From: Methanobacteriota archaeon
Lineage (GTDB): Archaea; Thermoplasmatota; Thermoplasmata; SG8-5; DAIRED01
Assembly (NCBI GenBank): GCA_043799545.1
Contig: JAZDNO010000014.1
Location: 1-64,000 of the forward strand
Direction: 5' to 3'
DNA: 64,000 bases
The notes beneath the pieces are model-generated. The model ran no database searches, was not told the DNA's origin, and worked only from the letters and a program-made list of their open reading frames with translations. The number at the start of each line of letters is the position of its first letter. Position 1 is the first letter of the stretch. Below are positions 1-9,702 of this stretch, one piece after another. The position numbers and the translations under genes are program-made.

Positions 1-1
1 T

Positions 2-655
2 CAGGTGCGCCAGGACGAGCGATTTTGCGCCGTGTGCCGCAGCGTGAATTGCCAGCTCGGCGCCCTCGTCGTTCGAAAGGTGTCCAAGCGGGCCGGAAAT
101 CCGGTCCTTGAGGAACTTTGGATAGCGGCCGTGGTGCAGCATCTCCGGGTCGTGGTTGGATTCGACGACCGCCGCGTCCGCGCCCCGGAAAGCATCATTG
201 ATTTCGTCTGTCAGATGGCCGACGTCCGTGGCGCTCACAACGCGCTTCCCGCAGCAGTCTACTATGATGCCCATCGGTTCCTCGGCGTCGTGGGGAATGG
301 GGAAGGAGGAAATCGCGAACGGTCCGACTTCGTGGGTTTTGCCGTTGGCCAGCGCCTCGTAATTCCTCATCCCCCTGAGCGACTCGGCGGTTCCGGGGCT
401 GGCGATGATTCGTGCCGCACAGTGCTTGCGCAGGACCGGTAGTCCGCCCACGTGGTCTGAGTGCTCGTGGGTCAGGACGACGGCTTCGAGATTTGCGAGG
501 GACAGTCCCACAGAGGCCAGGTGCCACGAGAGCCTCCGGGTGCTCAGGCCGTCGTCGATGAGCATCGCCGATTTGCCGGACCAAAGCAGGACCGCATTGC
601 CGTTGCTCCCGCTGGCGAGGGGCCAGAGGTGCAAGTCCTCGCCCTTCGCATTCAT
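2..655 (-). CDS. Metallo-beta-lactamase-fold hydrolase, YycJ/WalJ-like (3' end runs off the window)
   Basis: Translated by hand, absent from the ORF track: MNAKGEDLHLWPLASGSNGNAVLL...LTHEHSDHVGG...IPHDAEEP...SATDVGH...VESNHD...GHLSN. The ATG at 655 overlaps the upstream stop (ATGA). Confidence 0.88.
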   Translation of the reverse strand, partial: MNAKGEDLHLWPLASGSNGNAVLLWSGKSAMLIDDGLSTRRLSWHLASVGLSLANLEAVVLTHEHSDHVGGLPVLRKHCAARIIASPGTAESLRGMRNYEALANGKTHEVGPFAISSFPIPHDAEEPMGIIVDCCGKRVVSATDVGHLTDEINDAFRGADAAVVESNHDPEMLHHGRYPKFLKDRISGPLGHLSNDEGAELAIHAAAHGAKSLVLAHL

Positions 656-1797
656 CGCTTCAGCTTTGCCGCTACTGCGTTTGCCATCTCCGAGGTCTTG
701 GTAGCCCCGCCCATGTCGTAAGTGCGGAAATTGCCTTCCTTGACAATGGCCGCCACCGCATGCTCGATCTCGCGGGCCGCATCAGTCAGCCTGGAGTCGT
801 GCTTCTGCTCCCCGAGCCAGTCGAGCATCATTTTGCCGGCTTGTATCGAGGCGATGGGGTTGACCTTGTCCATGTTGACGTACTTGGGGGCAGAGCCGTG
901 AGTCGGCTCGAAGACAGCGTAGTTCGCGCCGATGTTCCCCGAGGCTCCGAATCCCAGTCCGCCGACCATCTGGACGCAGAGGTCGGAGATGATGTCGCCG
1001 TAGAGGTTCGGCGCCACGAGCACGTCGTAGTCGTGCGGGTTCTTCAGGGCCCACATGCAGAAGGCGTCGATGTTCGCATGGTCGAAAGCTATGCCCGGGT
1101 ATTCCGGGGCCATCTTCTTCGCTGTCTCCAGGAACAACCCGTCGGTCGCCCTCACCACGTTGGCCTTGTGGACGCACGTGACCTTCTTCCTGTTGAACTT
1201 CTTGGCGTAGTCGAAAGCTGCGCGGATGATGCGCTCCGAGCCCTTCTTGGTGTTTATCTTCGCGGAAATCGCGTACTCGTCCGGCTTGAGCCCCTTGAAG
1301 GGAGCGAAGTTTTTCGAGTTCTTGGCCAGGACATCGGCGACCTCCTGAGGCACCGGCGAGAATTCGACGCCCGCGTACAGGTCCTCGGTGTTCTCCCTGA
1401 AAACGACCAGGGCTATGCCCTCCTTGTAGTTCAGGGGGTTTCCGGGATAGCCCTTGACCGGCCTGAGACAGACGTAGAGGTCGAGGAGCTGGCGCATCCT
1501 CACGATGGGGCTGCGGTAGGCCATGCCCTTGCCCTGGAGCGATGGGACGAGCTCCTTCTCCGCTTCCTTCGCCGGCTTCGACGTTATTGCGCCGAAGAAC
1601 GCTGCGTCCGTGGTCTTCATAAGGTCTATCGTGCGCTGCGGGAAGGCGTCCCCTTCCTTGCACCAGAACTCCCAGCCTATGTCGCCGTGGATGTACTCCG
1701 CATCCAGCGCGACAGCGTCCAAGACGACCCTAGTCGCATTCGAAACGTCCACTCCCACCCCGTCGCCGGGGAGCCACGCAATCTTGTATTTGGCCAA
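652..1797 (-). CDS. Isocitrate/isopropylmalate dehydrogenase family protein
   Basis: Motifs LPGDGVG, FRENTEDLY, HKANV, NLYGDIISDL, EPTHGSAPK, NPIASI. TTG start with an AGGAGG RBS. Confidence 0.93.
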   Translation of the reverse strand: MAKYKIAWLPGDGVGVDVSNATRVVLDAVALDAEYIHGDIGWEFWCKEGDAFPQRTIDLMKTTDAAFFGAITSKPAKEAEKELVPSLQGKGMAYRSPIVRMRQLLDLYVCLRPVKGYPGNPLNYKEGIALVVFRENTEDLYAGVEFSPVPQEVADVLAKNSKNFAPFKGLKPDEYAISAKINTKKGSERIIRAAFDYAKKFNRKKVTCVHKANVVRATDGLFLETAKKMAPEYPGIAFDHANIDAFCMWALKNPHDYDVLVAPNLYGDIISDLCVQMVGGLGFGASGNIGANYAVFEPTHGSAPKYVNMDKVNPIASIQAGKMMLDWLGEQKHDSRLTDAAREIEHAVAAIVKEGNFRTYDMGGATKTSEMANAVAAKLKR

Positions 1798-1910
1798 AGC
1801 GATTCCTCCTTGAGGTTATGGCAACAATGCGGAAAACGTAGATAAAGGATTTGCCTGCTAGCGCGGAGGAACGGTTATTCCAGGGCGATTCTTTAACGAA
1901 AAAACGCGCA

Positions 1911-2048
1911 CTAATTGGTTTTTATGCTCTTCTTTACGTTCGGGCGCTCCTTGTAGAAGACCTTGTAGCCGCATATCGTGCACTGGAGGCCTATGGTGTT
2001 CGCGTCCCTGATTCTGGCCTTGCACTTCGCGCACTTGTAGTCCGTCAT
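1911..2048 (-). CDS. rpoP: DNA-directed RNA polymerase subunit P (Rpo12)
   Basis: Hand translation MTDYKCAKCKARIRDANTIGLQCTICGYKVFYKERPNVKKSIKTN: two CxxC motifs and YKERP. ATGA overlap with rpl37ae in the canonical operon position. Confidence 0.93.
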   Translation of the reverse strand: MTDYKCAKCKARIRDANTIGLQCTICGYKVFYKERPNVKKSIKTN

Positions 2049-2410
2049 TTCTCTGCCTCCTCTGGCATTATCTCCTCGGACTCCTCTGGCTCTGGCTTCT
2101 TCGCCTTCTTGCCACCCTTCGGCTTCGCCTCCGGAGCCTTAATTGCGGCGGCAACCTCCTTCACGACGAGGTCCTCGCGCTTGAAATCCCTTATCTTCGG
2201 GGCGTAGGCGCCAGCGGCATATTTGTAATCGCAGCGGCGGCAGACCCATATACCCGTATCGGTGCGCTTGACCGAGACGTGGTTGCACCTGGGGCATGGG
2301 CGCTTCAGGACTTTGCCGCCTTCAACTTCTGCCAGTCGCTTGCGTATCTTGACTCCGTAGCGGGGTCCGTACTTGCCAGCAATACCTACTTTTTTAGTGC
2401 CGTGCGTCAT
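2045..2410 (-). CDS. rpl37ae: 50S ribosomal protein L37Ae (eL43) with K/E-rich C-terminal extension
   Basis: TKKVGIAGKYGPRYG...CPRC...KRTDTGIWVCRRC...AAGAY; operon context. Confidence 0.96.
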   Translation of the reverse strand: MTHGTKKVGIAGKYGPRYGVKIRKRLAEVEGGKVLKRPCPRCNHVSVKRTDTGIWVCRRCDYKYAAGAYAPKIRDFKREDLVVKEVAAAIKAPEAKPKGGKKAKKPEPEESEEIMPEEAEK

Positions 2411-2419
2411 GAAATCGCC

Positions 2420-3193
2420 TCAGGCGAGCACCTGCGCCCTCACGCCAGCGGCCTTCCGGCGCGCTAGTTGGACGCAGTCCTTGAGTTCGCTGAAAGTGAA
2501 TGCCCCACTTAAACCTTTCTGCAAGGCCCTGATGTCGCCGTTGGAGTCCGTGGTCACGGTCAGGCGTGCGTCGGCGACTAGCTCTTCGCGCAGCGTTGGG
2601 TCGAGCATGATGTGCGTCCCTATCTTTACGAAAGTCGAGGAAACGGGGCTCTCCTGCACGGGCAGTGGAAAGTCCGGGCCGAAGCCGAAGCGGGACGCTG
2701 GAACGACGGAGTGGCGCAGCGCGGCCACCGCCCCGGCAGTGGCGGCGTCGAACAAGTTGCCGTAATGGTCGAGGGGCTGGACGTCCACGTGGACCATGTA
2801 AACCTTCTCCCCCGGGGCTATTGCCAGTTTTTTAAGGACAATCATGCAGCTCTCCCGTATCCCCCGGTCGGCCACCCTGGCCAGCTCGACGGCGTCGTGG
2901 GACGGCGGCCCCGACTCGAAGTCCGGGTGCGCAATCGGGCGCAACTCGGCCCCGGTCATCAGGATGCCTTCCGCGGGCTTGTCAGGGAAGGGCGTGCCGA
3001 CGTCGATCTTCACTCCGACCAGCACGTCGGTATCGCCCAGGCGCACGCGCGCCGAGCCCTCGGCCATCTCCAGTATGCCGACTTCGATCGACAGCTTCCT
3101 GGCCTCGTCGAACGACCGGCCGTCCTCGCGCATCTCGCGCGAGGCGAGCCTGTGAATCTGGTCGCGCAGAATCTCCGAGACGACGCCGCTCAT
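2420..3193 (-). CDS. rrp42: Exosome complex component Rrp42
   Basis: RNase PH fold ([29 protein letters not shown]). True start MSGVVSEIL at 3193; the ORF-track call to 3814 is over-extended. Confidence 0.95.
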   Translation of the reverse strand: MSGVVSEILRDQIHRLASREMREDGRSFDEARKLSIEVGILEMAEGSARVRLGDTDVLVGVKIDVGTPFPDKPAEGILMTGAELRPIAHPDFESGPPSHDAVELARVADRGIRESCMIVLKKLAIAPGEKVYMVHVDVQPLDHYGNLFDAATAGAVAALRHSVVPASRFGFGPDFPLPVQESPVSSTFVKIGTHIMLDPTLREELVADARLTVTTDSNGDIRALQKGLSGAFTFSELKDCVQLARRKAAGVRAQVLA

Positions 3194-3954
3194 TGGCTCA
3201 CCTCCGCATCGCTGGAGACGATGGCCTCGGCGGCGTACCTGCGCCTGAGCGCATCCCTCTGAACCTCGTGGATGCCCATGCAGGCGGCGGTTGCCATCTG
3301 GAGCGCGCGCTCGAACTCGTCCGGGGTGAGGTGTCCGTCCATCTGGAGCAGGACTATCTCCCCCGTCTTTGGGACGATGGCGACAGGAAGGTCGGCCTGG
3401 CCGAAGTTGTCCTCCTCCTTCGAGAGGTCCAGCACCACGCGCCCCTCGACCTTGCCGGCGGCGCAGGCCGGGACGAGGTCCATCATCGGGATTCCAGCGT
3501 CCGCGAGGGCGACCGAGGCCGCGACTATTCCGGCGCACCGCGTGCCGGCGCAGGCCTGCAGCACCTCGACGTAGACGTCTATGGACGCCCTGGGGAACTG
3601 CTCCGCGAATACGACGTTGGACAAGGCCTCGCCAGTTATCTTGGATATCTCGATGGAGCGGCGCCCTGGCCCCCCGGGCCTCACGCGGTCCTCGACCGAG
3701 AAAGCGGCCATGTTGTAGACGACGTTCACGTTCGCCCTCGTGGGGTTTTGCATGTGGCGCGGCCTCGCCTCCCTTGGCCCGTAGACCGCCGCGAGGACCT
3801 TGTTCTTCCCCCACTCGACGCGCGCCGAGCCGTCCGCGTTTTTTAGCACGCCTGCGTCGATTTTCAGCGGCCTCAGCTGGTCGTCCTTGCGCCCGTCCAG
3901 CCTCAACCCGTCCGCACCGATAAGCTTCACGCCTTCACCGCTCAACAGAACCAC
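3190..3954 (-). CDS. rrp41: Exosome complex exonuclease Rrp41
   Basis: [29 protein letters not shown], phosphate site AGTRCA, QADLP. Alternative TTG start at 3945. Confidence 0.96.
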   Translation of the reverse strand: MVLLSGEGVKLIGADGLRLDGRKDDQLRPLKIDAGVLKNADGSARVEWGKNKVLAAVYGPREARPRHMQNPTRANVNVVYNMAAFSVEDRVRPGGPGRRSIEISKITGEALSNVVFAEQFPRASIDVYVEVLQACAGTRCAGIVAASVALADAGIPMMDLVPACAAGKVEGRVVLDLSKEEDNFGQADLPVAIVPKTGEIVLLQMDGHLTPDEFERALQMATAACMGIHEVQRDALRRRYAAEAIVSSDAEVSQ

Positions 3955-4618
3955 CCTTTCCCTCGGAGAGAAACGCTCTCACGGAGTCCGCGAGGCCGTC
4001 GTGCTGCGCTCCGGCATTGATTATACCTATCGCCTGCTCGACCCTCAGCATCGCGTCCACCTCGCCCTCTATCCATATCCTACCGTTCTGGCCCACGAAC
4101 ATCCTGCAGCCGGTCTCCTGCTTCAGAAGGCCTATCATCGAGCCCCCGCGCCCGATAACGCGGGGCACTTTGGAATGCGATATCTCGACTATCAAACCGC
4201 CCGTGAGCTTGCGGAGCCCGTGCTCCTTCATCGTGAGCTGCGTGCGCTTCAGTTCATCCACGTTGAGGACCTTGGCCAGAACGACGTCCCCCACTTTGAG
4301 GAACTGCGCCGTCTCCCCGAAATCCACCTTCCACGGCGCCTCCGAGACGTGCAGCGGAGCGTTGTAGGGCGAGTTGATGTCTATGAACCAGCTAGACGGG
4401 CCCATCTCGTTTATCACGCCGATGACGGAATCGCCTGGCCGGGGCATATACCTGCCGCTCAGCGGAGCGACGTTGACGTAGCCGGAGCGCACGTTCTTCA
4501 TGCCCATAAGCGCCGCGAACACCTTGCCGTCGCGCTTGTAAGTGCCGAGGCCGGCCTTCATTCCCGGCTCGGTTATTTCATCGCCGGGAATGACCATCAC
4601 CCTCTCGTTTTCGCCCAT
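3935..4618 (-). CDS. rrp4: Exosome RNA-binding protein Rrp4
   Basis: S1 and KH domains ([32 protein letters not shown]). Confidence 0.95.
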   Translation of the reverse strand: MGENERVMVIPGDEITEPGMKAGLGTYKRDGKVFAALMGMKNVRSGYVNVAPLSGRYMPRPGDSVIGVINEMGPSSWFIDINSPYNAPLHVSEAPWKVDFGETAQFLKVGDVVLAKVLNVDELKRTQLTMKEHGLRKLTGGLIVEISHSKVPRVIGRGGSMIGLLKQETGCRMFVGQNGRIWIEGEVDAMLRVEQAIGIINAGAQHDGLADSVRAFLSEGKGGSVER

Positions 4619-4642
4619 TTCGTTCCATCCGTTCGAGAAACG

Positions 4643-5383
4643 CTACTCTTCCTTGCCCCGTTTGAGAAGCTTCAGCTCGGCGTTCCCCTTGGTCTTTTCG
4701 TTCAGTTTTTCGATGAGTTCGTTCTGCATGCCAGCGGGGATTTCGATTACGCCTATCCACGTGCCGTTCGGCTGCCACTCGTCCTGCATTATCTTGCCGA
4801 GGGCCTTGAGGTCGCCGTAGGACCTGCCGTAGTCCTCGCCGGAGAGCTTGACCGCGAACCTGACCTTGTCGAAGCTTATGGGAATCAGGGGCCTCAGAGC
4901 CGCCAGCACGTCGTTGACCTGGTTCTCCGCTGGCTTGAACGGGTCTATCTTCACACGCGCCTCCTCCATAGCCGCCTCGATCCGCGCGGGCGGGTGCGGG
5001 GCTCCAGTCTGGGGGTTCATGGCGTTGCGCGCGATGATTGCGATTATCTGCTTGCGCTTGTTCTCGCCCATCTCCCTGCGCTGTTCGGTCGTGAGCTGGA
5101 CGTCACCCTCGATGGCGATTTTTCTCGCCACCGCGAGGATGTTCTCGGTGCCGAAGACCTGCTTCATCACGTCTGCGGAAGCGCGGTCGCCCTTGTGCGC
5201 GTCCTTGAATACTTCCTCGGACGGCATCTTCTCCGCGAGGTTGACTTCCTTGCCTGTCTTCAGGTCGTCTATGGCGTTCGGCTCTATGATTATCTCGAAC
5301 CTGTGCCCCGCGTGCTCGTAGCGGGCGATGACCCTGCCGTCCAGGACGCTGTCGGTATGCTCCTTGCGGATATCCTTGGACAT
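4643..5383 (-). CDS. Ribosome maturation protein SBDS/SDO1
   Basis: [46 protein letters not shown]. Confidence 0.95.
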   Translation of the reverse strand: MSKDIRKEHTDSVLDGRVIARYEHAGHRFEIIIEPNAIDDLKTGKEVNLAEKMPSEEVFKDAHKGDRASADVMKQVFGTENILAVARKIAIEGDVQLTTEQRREMGENKRKQIIAIIARNAMNPQTGAPHPPARIEAAMEEARVKIDPFKPAENQVNDVLAALRPLIPISFDKVRFAVKLSGEDYGRSYGDLKALGKIMQDEWQPNGTWIGVIEIPAGMQNELIEKLNEKTKGNAELKLLKRGKEE

Positions 5384-5389
5384 CTCGCC

Positions 5390-6100
5390 CTACAGCTCCT
5401 TGACGTACTTCTTGATTTCATCTGCGTCCAGGCGCCTGAACTTCTCGTCTCCCTTGATGAGGCACACTTCGACAGATGTCTCCTCCATTTTGTCGTCCGA
5501 CGCCTTCTTGAGCCCGACCAGGCCCAGCTTGACGGCCTCGTCCTGCGTCATGTCGTCCTTGTACTGGGATTCGAAGACCTCCATGATGGCCGCGCGCCCG
5601 CTGCCTATCCCGCCTGCCTTGTACGATAGCAGCGCGCCGCTGGGGTCTGTCTCGAACAGGTGCACGCCTGCCTCGTCTACGCCCCCTACGAGCAGCGCCG
5701 TGCCGAAAGGCCTGACCCCGCCGTACTGGGTGTAGTTCTGCTTGTAGTCGCATATGCGCTTAACCAGCGTGTCGACGAATATCTTCTCGCCGTACGTGAC
5801 CTTGTTCACCTGCGACACGACCCTGGAGAAATCCACCAGGACCCTTGCATCGGCCACCAGCCCGGAGGTCGCGCAGCCGATGTGCTCGTCAATCTGGAAT
5901 ATCTTCTCTATGGATTTGGATTCCACGAGGCGGCTTGAAACCTTTTTGTCCGCCATGAGCACGACACCGTCCTTGAACTTCACTCCGACCGTCGTCGTCC
6001 CGCGCCCCACGGCGACCCTGGCGTATTCCACCTGGAATAGCCTGCCGTCGGGTGAGAACACAGTTATCGCCCTGTCGTAAGCCATCTGTCCCGCTTGCAT
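5390..6100 (-). CDS. psmA: Proteasome subunit alpha
   Basis: YDRAITVFSPDGRLFQVEYA, SGLVADAR, YTQYGGVRPFG. Confidence 0.98.
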   Translation of the reverse strand: MQAGQMAYDRAITVFSPDGRLFQVEYARVAVGRGTTTVGVKFKDGVVLMADKKVSSRLVESKSIEKIFQIDEHIGCATSGLVADARVLVDFSRVVSQVNKVTYGEKIFVDTLVKRICDYKQNYTQYGGVRPFGTALLVGGVDEAGVHLFETDPSGALLSYKAGGIGSGRAAIMEVFESQYKDDMTQDEAVKLGLVGLKKASDDKMEETSVEVCLIKGDEKFRRLDADEIKKYVKEL

Positions 6101-6139
6101 TTTTATCCCTCTAGAACCTGGGAACGGCTCACCACTATA

Positions 6140-9127
6140 TTAAAAAATTGGTGAGCGGGGCGGTCCTTCAATGTTTTTTATTGCAGCGGCCGCGCGCCTC
6201 CAGTTTACATAGATATGGCTCAGGCAGACGGCGGTGAGCGGAACGACAAAGCCAGCCAGTATTTTCCACCCGTCGTTCGGCGATCTGTATATCGGGCCAA
6301 TGGGCTTCATGTAGTCCACTCTGACGCCGTCGATGGTCGAGAACCTCGCAAGCCGCATCTCCTCGACTTGCGTGGGCTCTAACGCTCCAGCTGCGCTCCG
6401 ATAGATGGTATTGACAATGATATATTCCCCGGGCGAATCCAAAGCTACTATTACAGGGCTTAACATATATGGATAGCCAATTTGCATTAGCTCTCCATCC
6501 ACGCCTGAGCGAAACTCGTCCACTTGCACATCGTTGCCATCGATTTCGAGCATGAACGCGCCATATTCCGGATCCCAATTCTGCCCTTCCTCGCCTATGG
6601 ACACAAATTTCCCCCGGATATCCATCCAACAGACGCGGAAACTGTCTTCGTTCGAACTATCGACGATAGCCAATATGGGGTACCATGAGTCGATATCCCC
6701 GTCGAGTTCGTTGATCATCTCCTTGGAAAGCATGGAGCCATCAGCCGTGAACGTAGCGAGGCAGATGCCAGAATCGCTAGCGTTGAATTTCCAATCGGAA
6801 TATTCCAGGTCTTCAGGAAACGGCATTGGAATGACATCATTGACCGAGAATGGGTATGCAACGTATATTTTCTCACCGACAACTGCTGTGACAGAGACAT
6901 CCATGGACGTGTAACCAATCTTGTACGGTGAGGCAGACTCCGACCAGGACGATAAAATGCTAACAACGGATTCGTTCTCGATGGGGTTGATGACGGCGAA
7001 GTGGGTGGCACTGGTCTCATCCACCGAGCCGCCAGAGTGGCTGTACCATGATAACCATGCGCGGGGATTCCCATTATGCGAAAAAGAGCCGTATTCCAAT
7101 CCGTAGACCTCCTGGTAGGAGTTGTTGTCGCCGGATGCGTTCCAAAGACGAAGGTTGCTCGTCACTCGTCCACCCGGCTCAACGAAGAAGTAATTGAGTT
7201 CGCAACTTAATACATCCCCATTTCCATCGGATTGCGCCCAAATGACGCTGTCTCCGTCCGGCCCGGGGAACACGTCGACCCCTGCACTCTCAAGAATTCC
7301 GTATGTGGTCGGCCCGGTCTCACGGACTTCGCGCCCCCTGAATACGGCGGTCGACGCTCTTGGTGCCGCCGCCAGGCGCATTTCGCCTCCCGAGCCGAGC
7401 GTTGCGTCATCGTAGACTAGGGGCCAGTCCTCCAGCCGGTACTCGTAAGTTTCATTCTCTAGGTAAAATCTGCAAATCCCGACGATGTAGAGAGAATCGC
7501 CGTCCACGAGGATTCTGTACTTGAATTCTCCCACGCCATTGGCGTGCGCGGTCGTCATTAGGTTCACCATGTCAGTGCCTAGGGATAAATCCCCACTTCT
7601 CAGGATTCTGCCATCCCCGTCGAACCGAAGGACCGACAAGCTGTCGGGGTTCGATGCTGTGCTGAAAAAGAAGAAGAACGAATCCGCAGCGTACTGGACT
7701 GAAATCGGCTGGATATTGGCCCCGCCCCTCCAAACGAGCTTCTCCAGGAGCTTTGTCCCATCGTCGTCGTACTTGCCCATCCAGAAGTCGCTCCTCTTCA
7801 TCTCCCCAGTGTAGCTGTCTTCATCGATGTCTCCGTCTACCCAGAACACCGCGATGTTGCCATCCCCGCCCCTCACCGCCCCAGCTACTAAAGGATGGTT
7901 GAGTTGTATCTTCTCGTACAGAGGGCTTGAGGAGTACGGGTCGGCCGTTACGGTGACGGAGCTGGCAAGGATGACGGCAGTCGCGAATCCGACGGCGAAA
8001 GTCATCGCCCACAGCTCCCTGAGTTTCATAGGCCGCGAAAGCTGCGTCCCGCAAAGATGTATCAATATCCCGCCCAGAGCTAAGAGGAACGTCGACGAAA
8101 GTACGCCAAAAGGCGAGACGGTGTAGCCATACAGACGTCCCCATATTGCGATGGCTTTGTACGTGCCTACAACGAGAGCGGCCGCCCCTACGAGGGCGAG
8201 CGCGGCGAGCGCGCCCCTCTTCGAGGGAGCCATGGTCCACTTCTCGGGACCGAGGTACCTTGCGGCGACGTCACCGGGGGCGCCGAACTCCGAGGCGAAC
8301 CGCTTCGCCTTCTCGGCATCGGGCGCGTCGCCGTATTCGCCGTACTTCGCGACGGCGTGCTGCCGTACCTCCTCCAACACGGCGTGCCTCGACACATGGT
8401 CGAGGGGGGAGAGCCCACTCTTGAGCTTCCTCATATAGCCTTGAAGGGTCTTGGGAGTGCCCAACGGAAACGAATGCAGCATGCTGAGCCGCCACCAAGA
8501 GAGAAGGTTGCCACCGATGAAGAAGACCATAATCCAACAGAACAACAGCATGTTGGCTAGAATCTCAAAGTCAGACACCCAATGGGTCTCCCGTCCTACG
8601 AACGTGGAGAAAGCAACGGGCACAGTGCCAAACAGAGTAAAGGATAAGATGCCTATCAATACAAGGGACGCATCCTTGAGCATCGGTATCGTCTCTGGTT
8701 TCGCCGCTTCAACGACGCATAAGGCAATTATGGATGCAGGAAGGCCGAACAGCAACAGTAGCCCCGGCAGGATCGTGGCGATTGGGTACTGCCAGAACAA
8801 ATCGTCTTGCTGGACGAGTATGGAAAAGACGGCTATTGGTATGCATGCAAGGGCCGCCTGCAACAGACGGGCCCAATAAGCTTCACGCGCATTTCTCCGC
8901 GGGTCGTCGGGCACATATCCCGCCGCGACATCCTCCGGCTCCCCCATCTCCTCAATCGCCTTATCTATCGCCACGTAGTCTACCGCGCCCCCGCCCAATT
9001 CCTTCGCTCTTTCGAGGATGTGTTCCCTAAGCTCGTCGAGGGCCTGTCCGCGCTCCTTCTTCGGCATCCCGGCCAAGCCCCTCCCCACCTTATTCAGATA
9101 GGCGTCCACGCCCTTCTTCCCCAACAT
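6140..9127 (-). CDS. Large membrane protein with two HAAS-like (DUF1700/permease-prefix) helical domains, TM bundles and a large extracellular beta-rich domain
   Basis: Two copies of Y[LM]xK[VL]xxxL...[LE]E[LV]RxH...[MF]GxPxDVAAxY, each followed by about 4 hydrophobic segments. A terminal TM helix follows. The gene lies 3 nt downstream of padR. Confidence 0.75.
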   Translation of the reverse strand: MLGKKGVDAYLNKVGRGLAGMPKKERGQALDELREHILERAKELGGGAVDYVAIDKAIEEMGEPEDVAAGYVPDDPRRNAREAYWARLLQAALACIPIAVFSILVQQDDLFWQYPIATILPGLLLLFGLPASIIALCVVEAAKPETIPMLKDASLVLIGILSFTLFGTVPVAFSTFVGRETHWVSDFEILANMLLFCWIMVFFIGGNLLSWWRLSMLHSFPLGTPKTLQGYMRKLKSGLSPLDHVSRHAVLEEVRQHAVAKYGEYGDAPDAEKAKRFASEFGAPGDVAARYLGPEKWTMAPSKRGALAALALVGAAALVVGTYKAIAIWGRLYGYTVSPFGVLSSTFLLALGGILIHLCGTQLSRPMKLRELWAMTFAVGFATAVILASSVTVTADPYSSSPLYEKIQLNHPLVAGAVRGGDGNIAVFWVDGDIDEDSYTGEMKRSDFWMGKYDDDGTKLLEKLVWRGGANIQPISVQYAADSFFFFFSTASNPDSLSVLRFDGDGRILRSGDLSLGTDMVNLMTTAHANGVGEFKYRILVDGDSLYIVGICRFYLENETYEYRLEDWPLVYDDATLGSGGEMRLAAAPRASTAVFRGREVRETGPTTYGILESAGVDVFPGPDGDSVIWAQSDGNGDVLSCELNYFFVEPGGRVTSNLRLWNASGDNNSYQEVYGLEYGSFSHNGNPRAWLSWYSHSGGSVDETSATHFAVINPIENESVVSILSSWSESASPYKIGYTSMDVSVTAVVGEKIYVAYPFSVNDVIPMPFPEDLEYSDWKFNASDSGICLATFTADGSMLSKEMINELDGDIDSWYPILAIVDSSNEDSFRVCWMDIRGKFVSIGEEGQNWDPEYGAFMLEIDGNDVQVDEFRSGVDGELMQIGYPYMLSPVIVALDSPGEYIIVNTIYRSAAGALEPTQVEEMRLARFSTIDGVRVDYMKPIGPIYRSPNDGWKILAGFVVPLTAVCLSHIYVNWRRAAAAIKNIEGPPRSPIF

Positions 9128-9130
9128 ATC

Positions 9131-9505
9131 CTACACCCCCCTCAATTTATTCAAAACGTCGTTGACAGTAATCGATAATCCGTTCCACTGGTCCCGGGCT
9201 TCGGCCGCCGCCTCGCGCCCGAGGGCGGTGAGTTTGTAGTACTTCCTCGGAGGGCCATCGACGGACTTCTGCCATTCCGAGCTCAGGAGGCCCTTTTCCT
9301 CCATCATCCGCAGGATGGGGTAGATGGTCCCTTCCTGGAAAGCCAGCTTCCCATTCGTAAGCGCCCGTATGGACTTTATGAGGTCGTAACCGTAGGTGGG
9401 CTTACCCTCGGCCTTGAGTATGTTCAGTATCAGCAATGATAGGACCCCAGACCTGAGGTCTTTTCCTATCTTCGATGCGAAATCCTCAACTTCGCCTGGT
9501 CCCAT
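9131..9505 (-). CDS. PadR-family transcriptional regulator
   Basis: YGYDLIKSI...EGTIYPILRMMEEKGLLSSEW...GPPRKYYKLTALG. Confidence 0.95.
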   Translation of the reverse strand: MGPGEVEDFASKIGKDLRSGVLSLLILNILKAEGKPTYGYDLIKSIRALTNGKLAFQEGTIYPILRMMEEKGLLSSEWQKSVDGPPRKYYKLTALGREAAAEARDQWNGLSITVNDVLNKLRGV

Positions 9506-9524
9506 TTGTCGACTTCCCGGATAC

Positions 9525-9561
9525 TACTATTGAGTCCGATATAGTAATGTCTACAATAGTA
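9525..9561. promoter_or_regulatory. Candidate PadR operator (nested inverted repeats)
   Basis: TACTAT-N10-ATAGTA (9525-9546) and TACTATTG-N21-CAATAGTA (9525-9561), 20-56 bp upstream of the padR start. Confidence 0.45.
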
Positions 9562-9673
9562 TAAGTAACTGTCGTTGGAGCGCAAAATCGTTCAGATGGA
9601 AATATGTATGTCTTAGAAAAATCAAAACAAGAAGAAATGAAGAAAGGTTTTGCGTCTCCTGCTAGAGCCACCA

Positions 9674-9693
9674 CAAGTTCGTGCTCGAACTTG
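9674..9693 (-). terminator. Hairpin after the surface-protein gene, followed by a T-rich tract on the minus strand
   Basis: Perfect 8-bp stem CAAGTTCG-tgct-CGAACTTG, 9 bp past the stop at 9703. The downstream minus strand reads TTTCTTCATTTCTTCTTGTTTTGATTTTT. Confidence 0.45.
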
Positions 9694-9702
9694 CCGCTTG
9701 CC

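Noticed and set aside
5381-5392. The psmA stop (TAG) is in frame with the SBDS ATG (TAG GGC GAG ATG), hinting at genome-wide amber read-through.
   Set aside because: Both proteins are complete at their normal lengths, and many genes here end in TAG at the expected C-terminus. The phase match has a one-in-three chance.
3800-5629. Long antisense ORFs (e.g. 3800-5629, 44130-45446, 56560-58443, 59854-61638, 760-1845).
   Set aside because: These are shadow ORFs opposite well-supported genes, as expected from strong GC3 bias. They contain no motifs.
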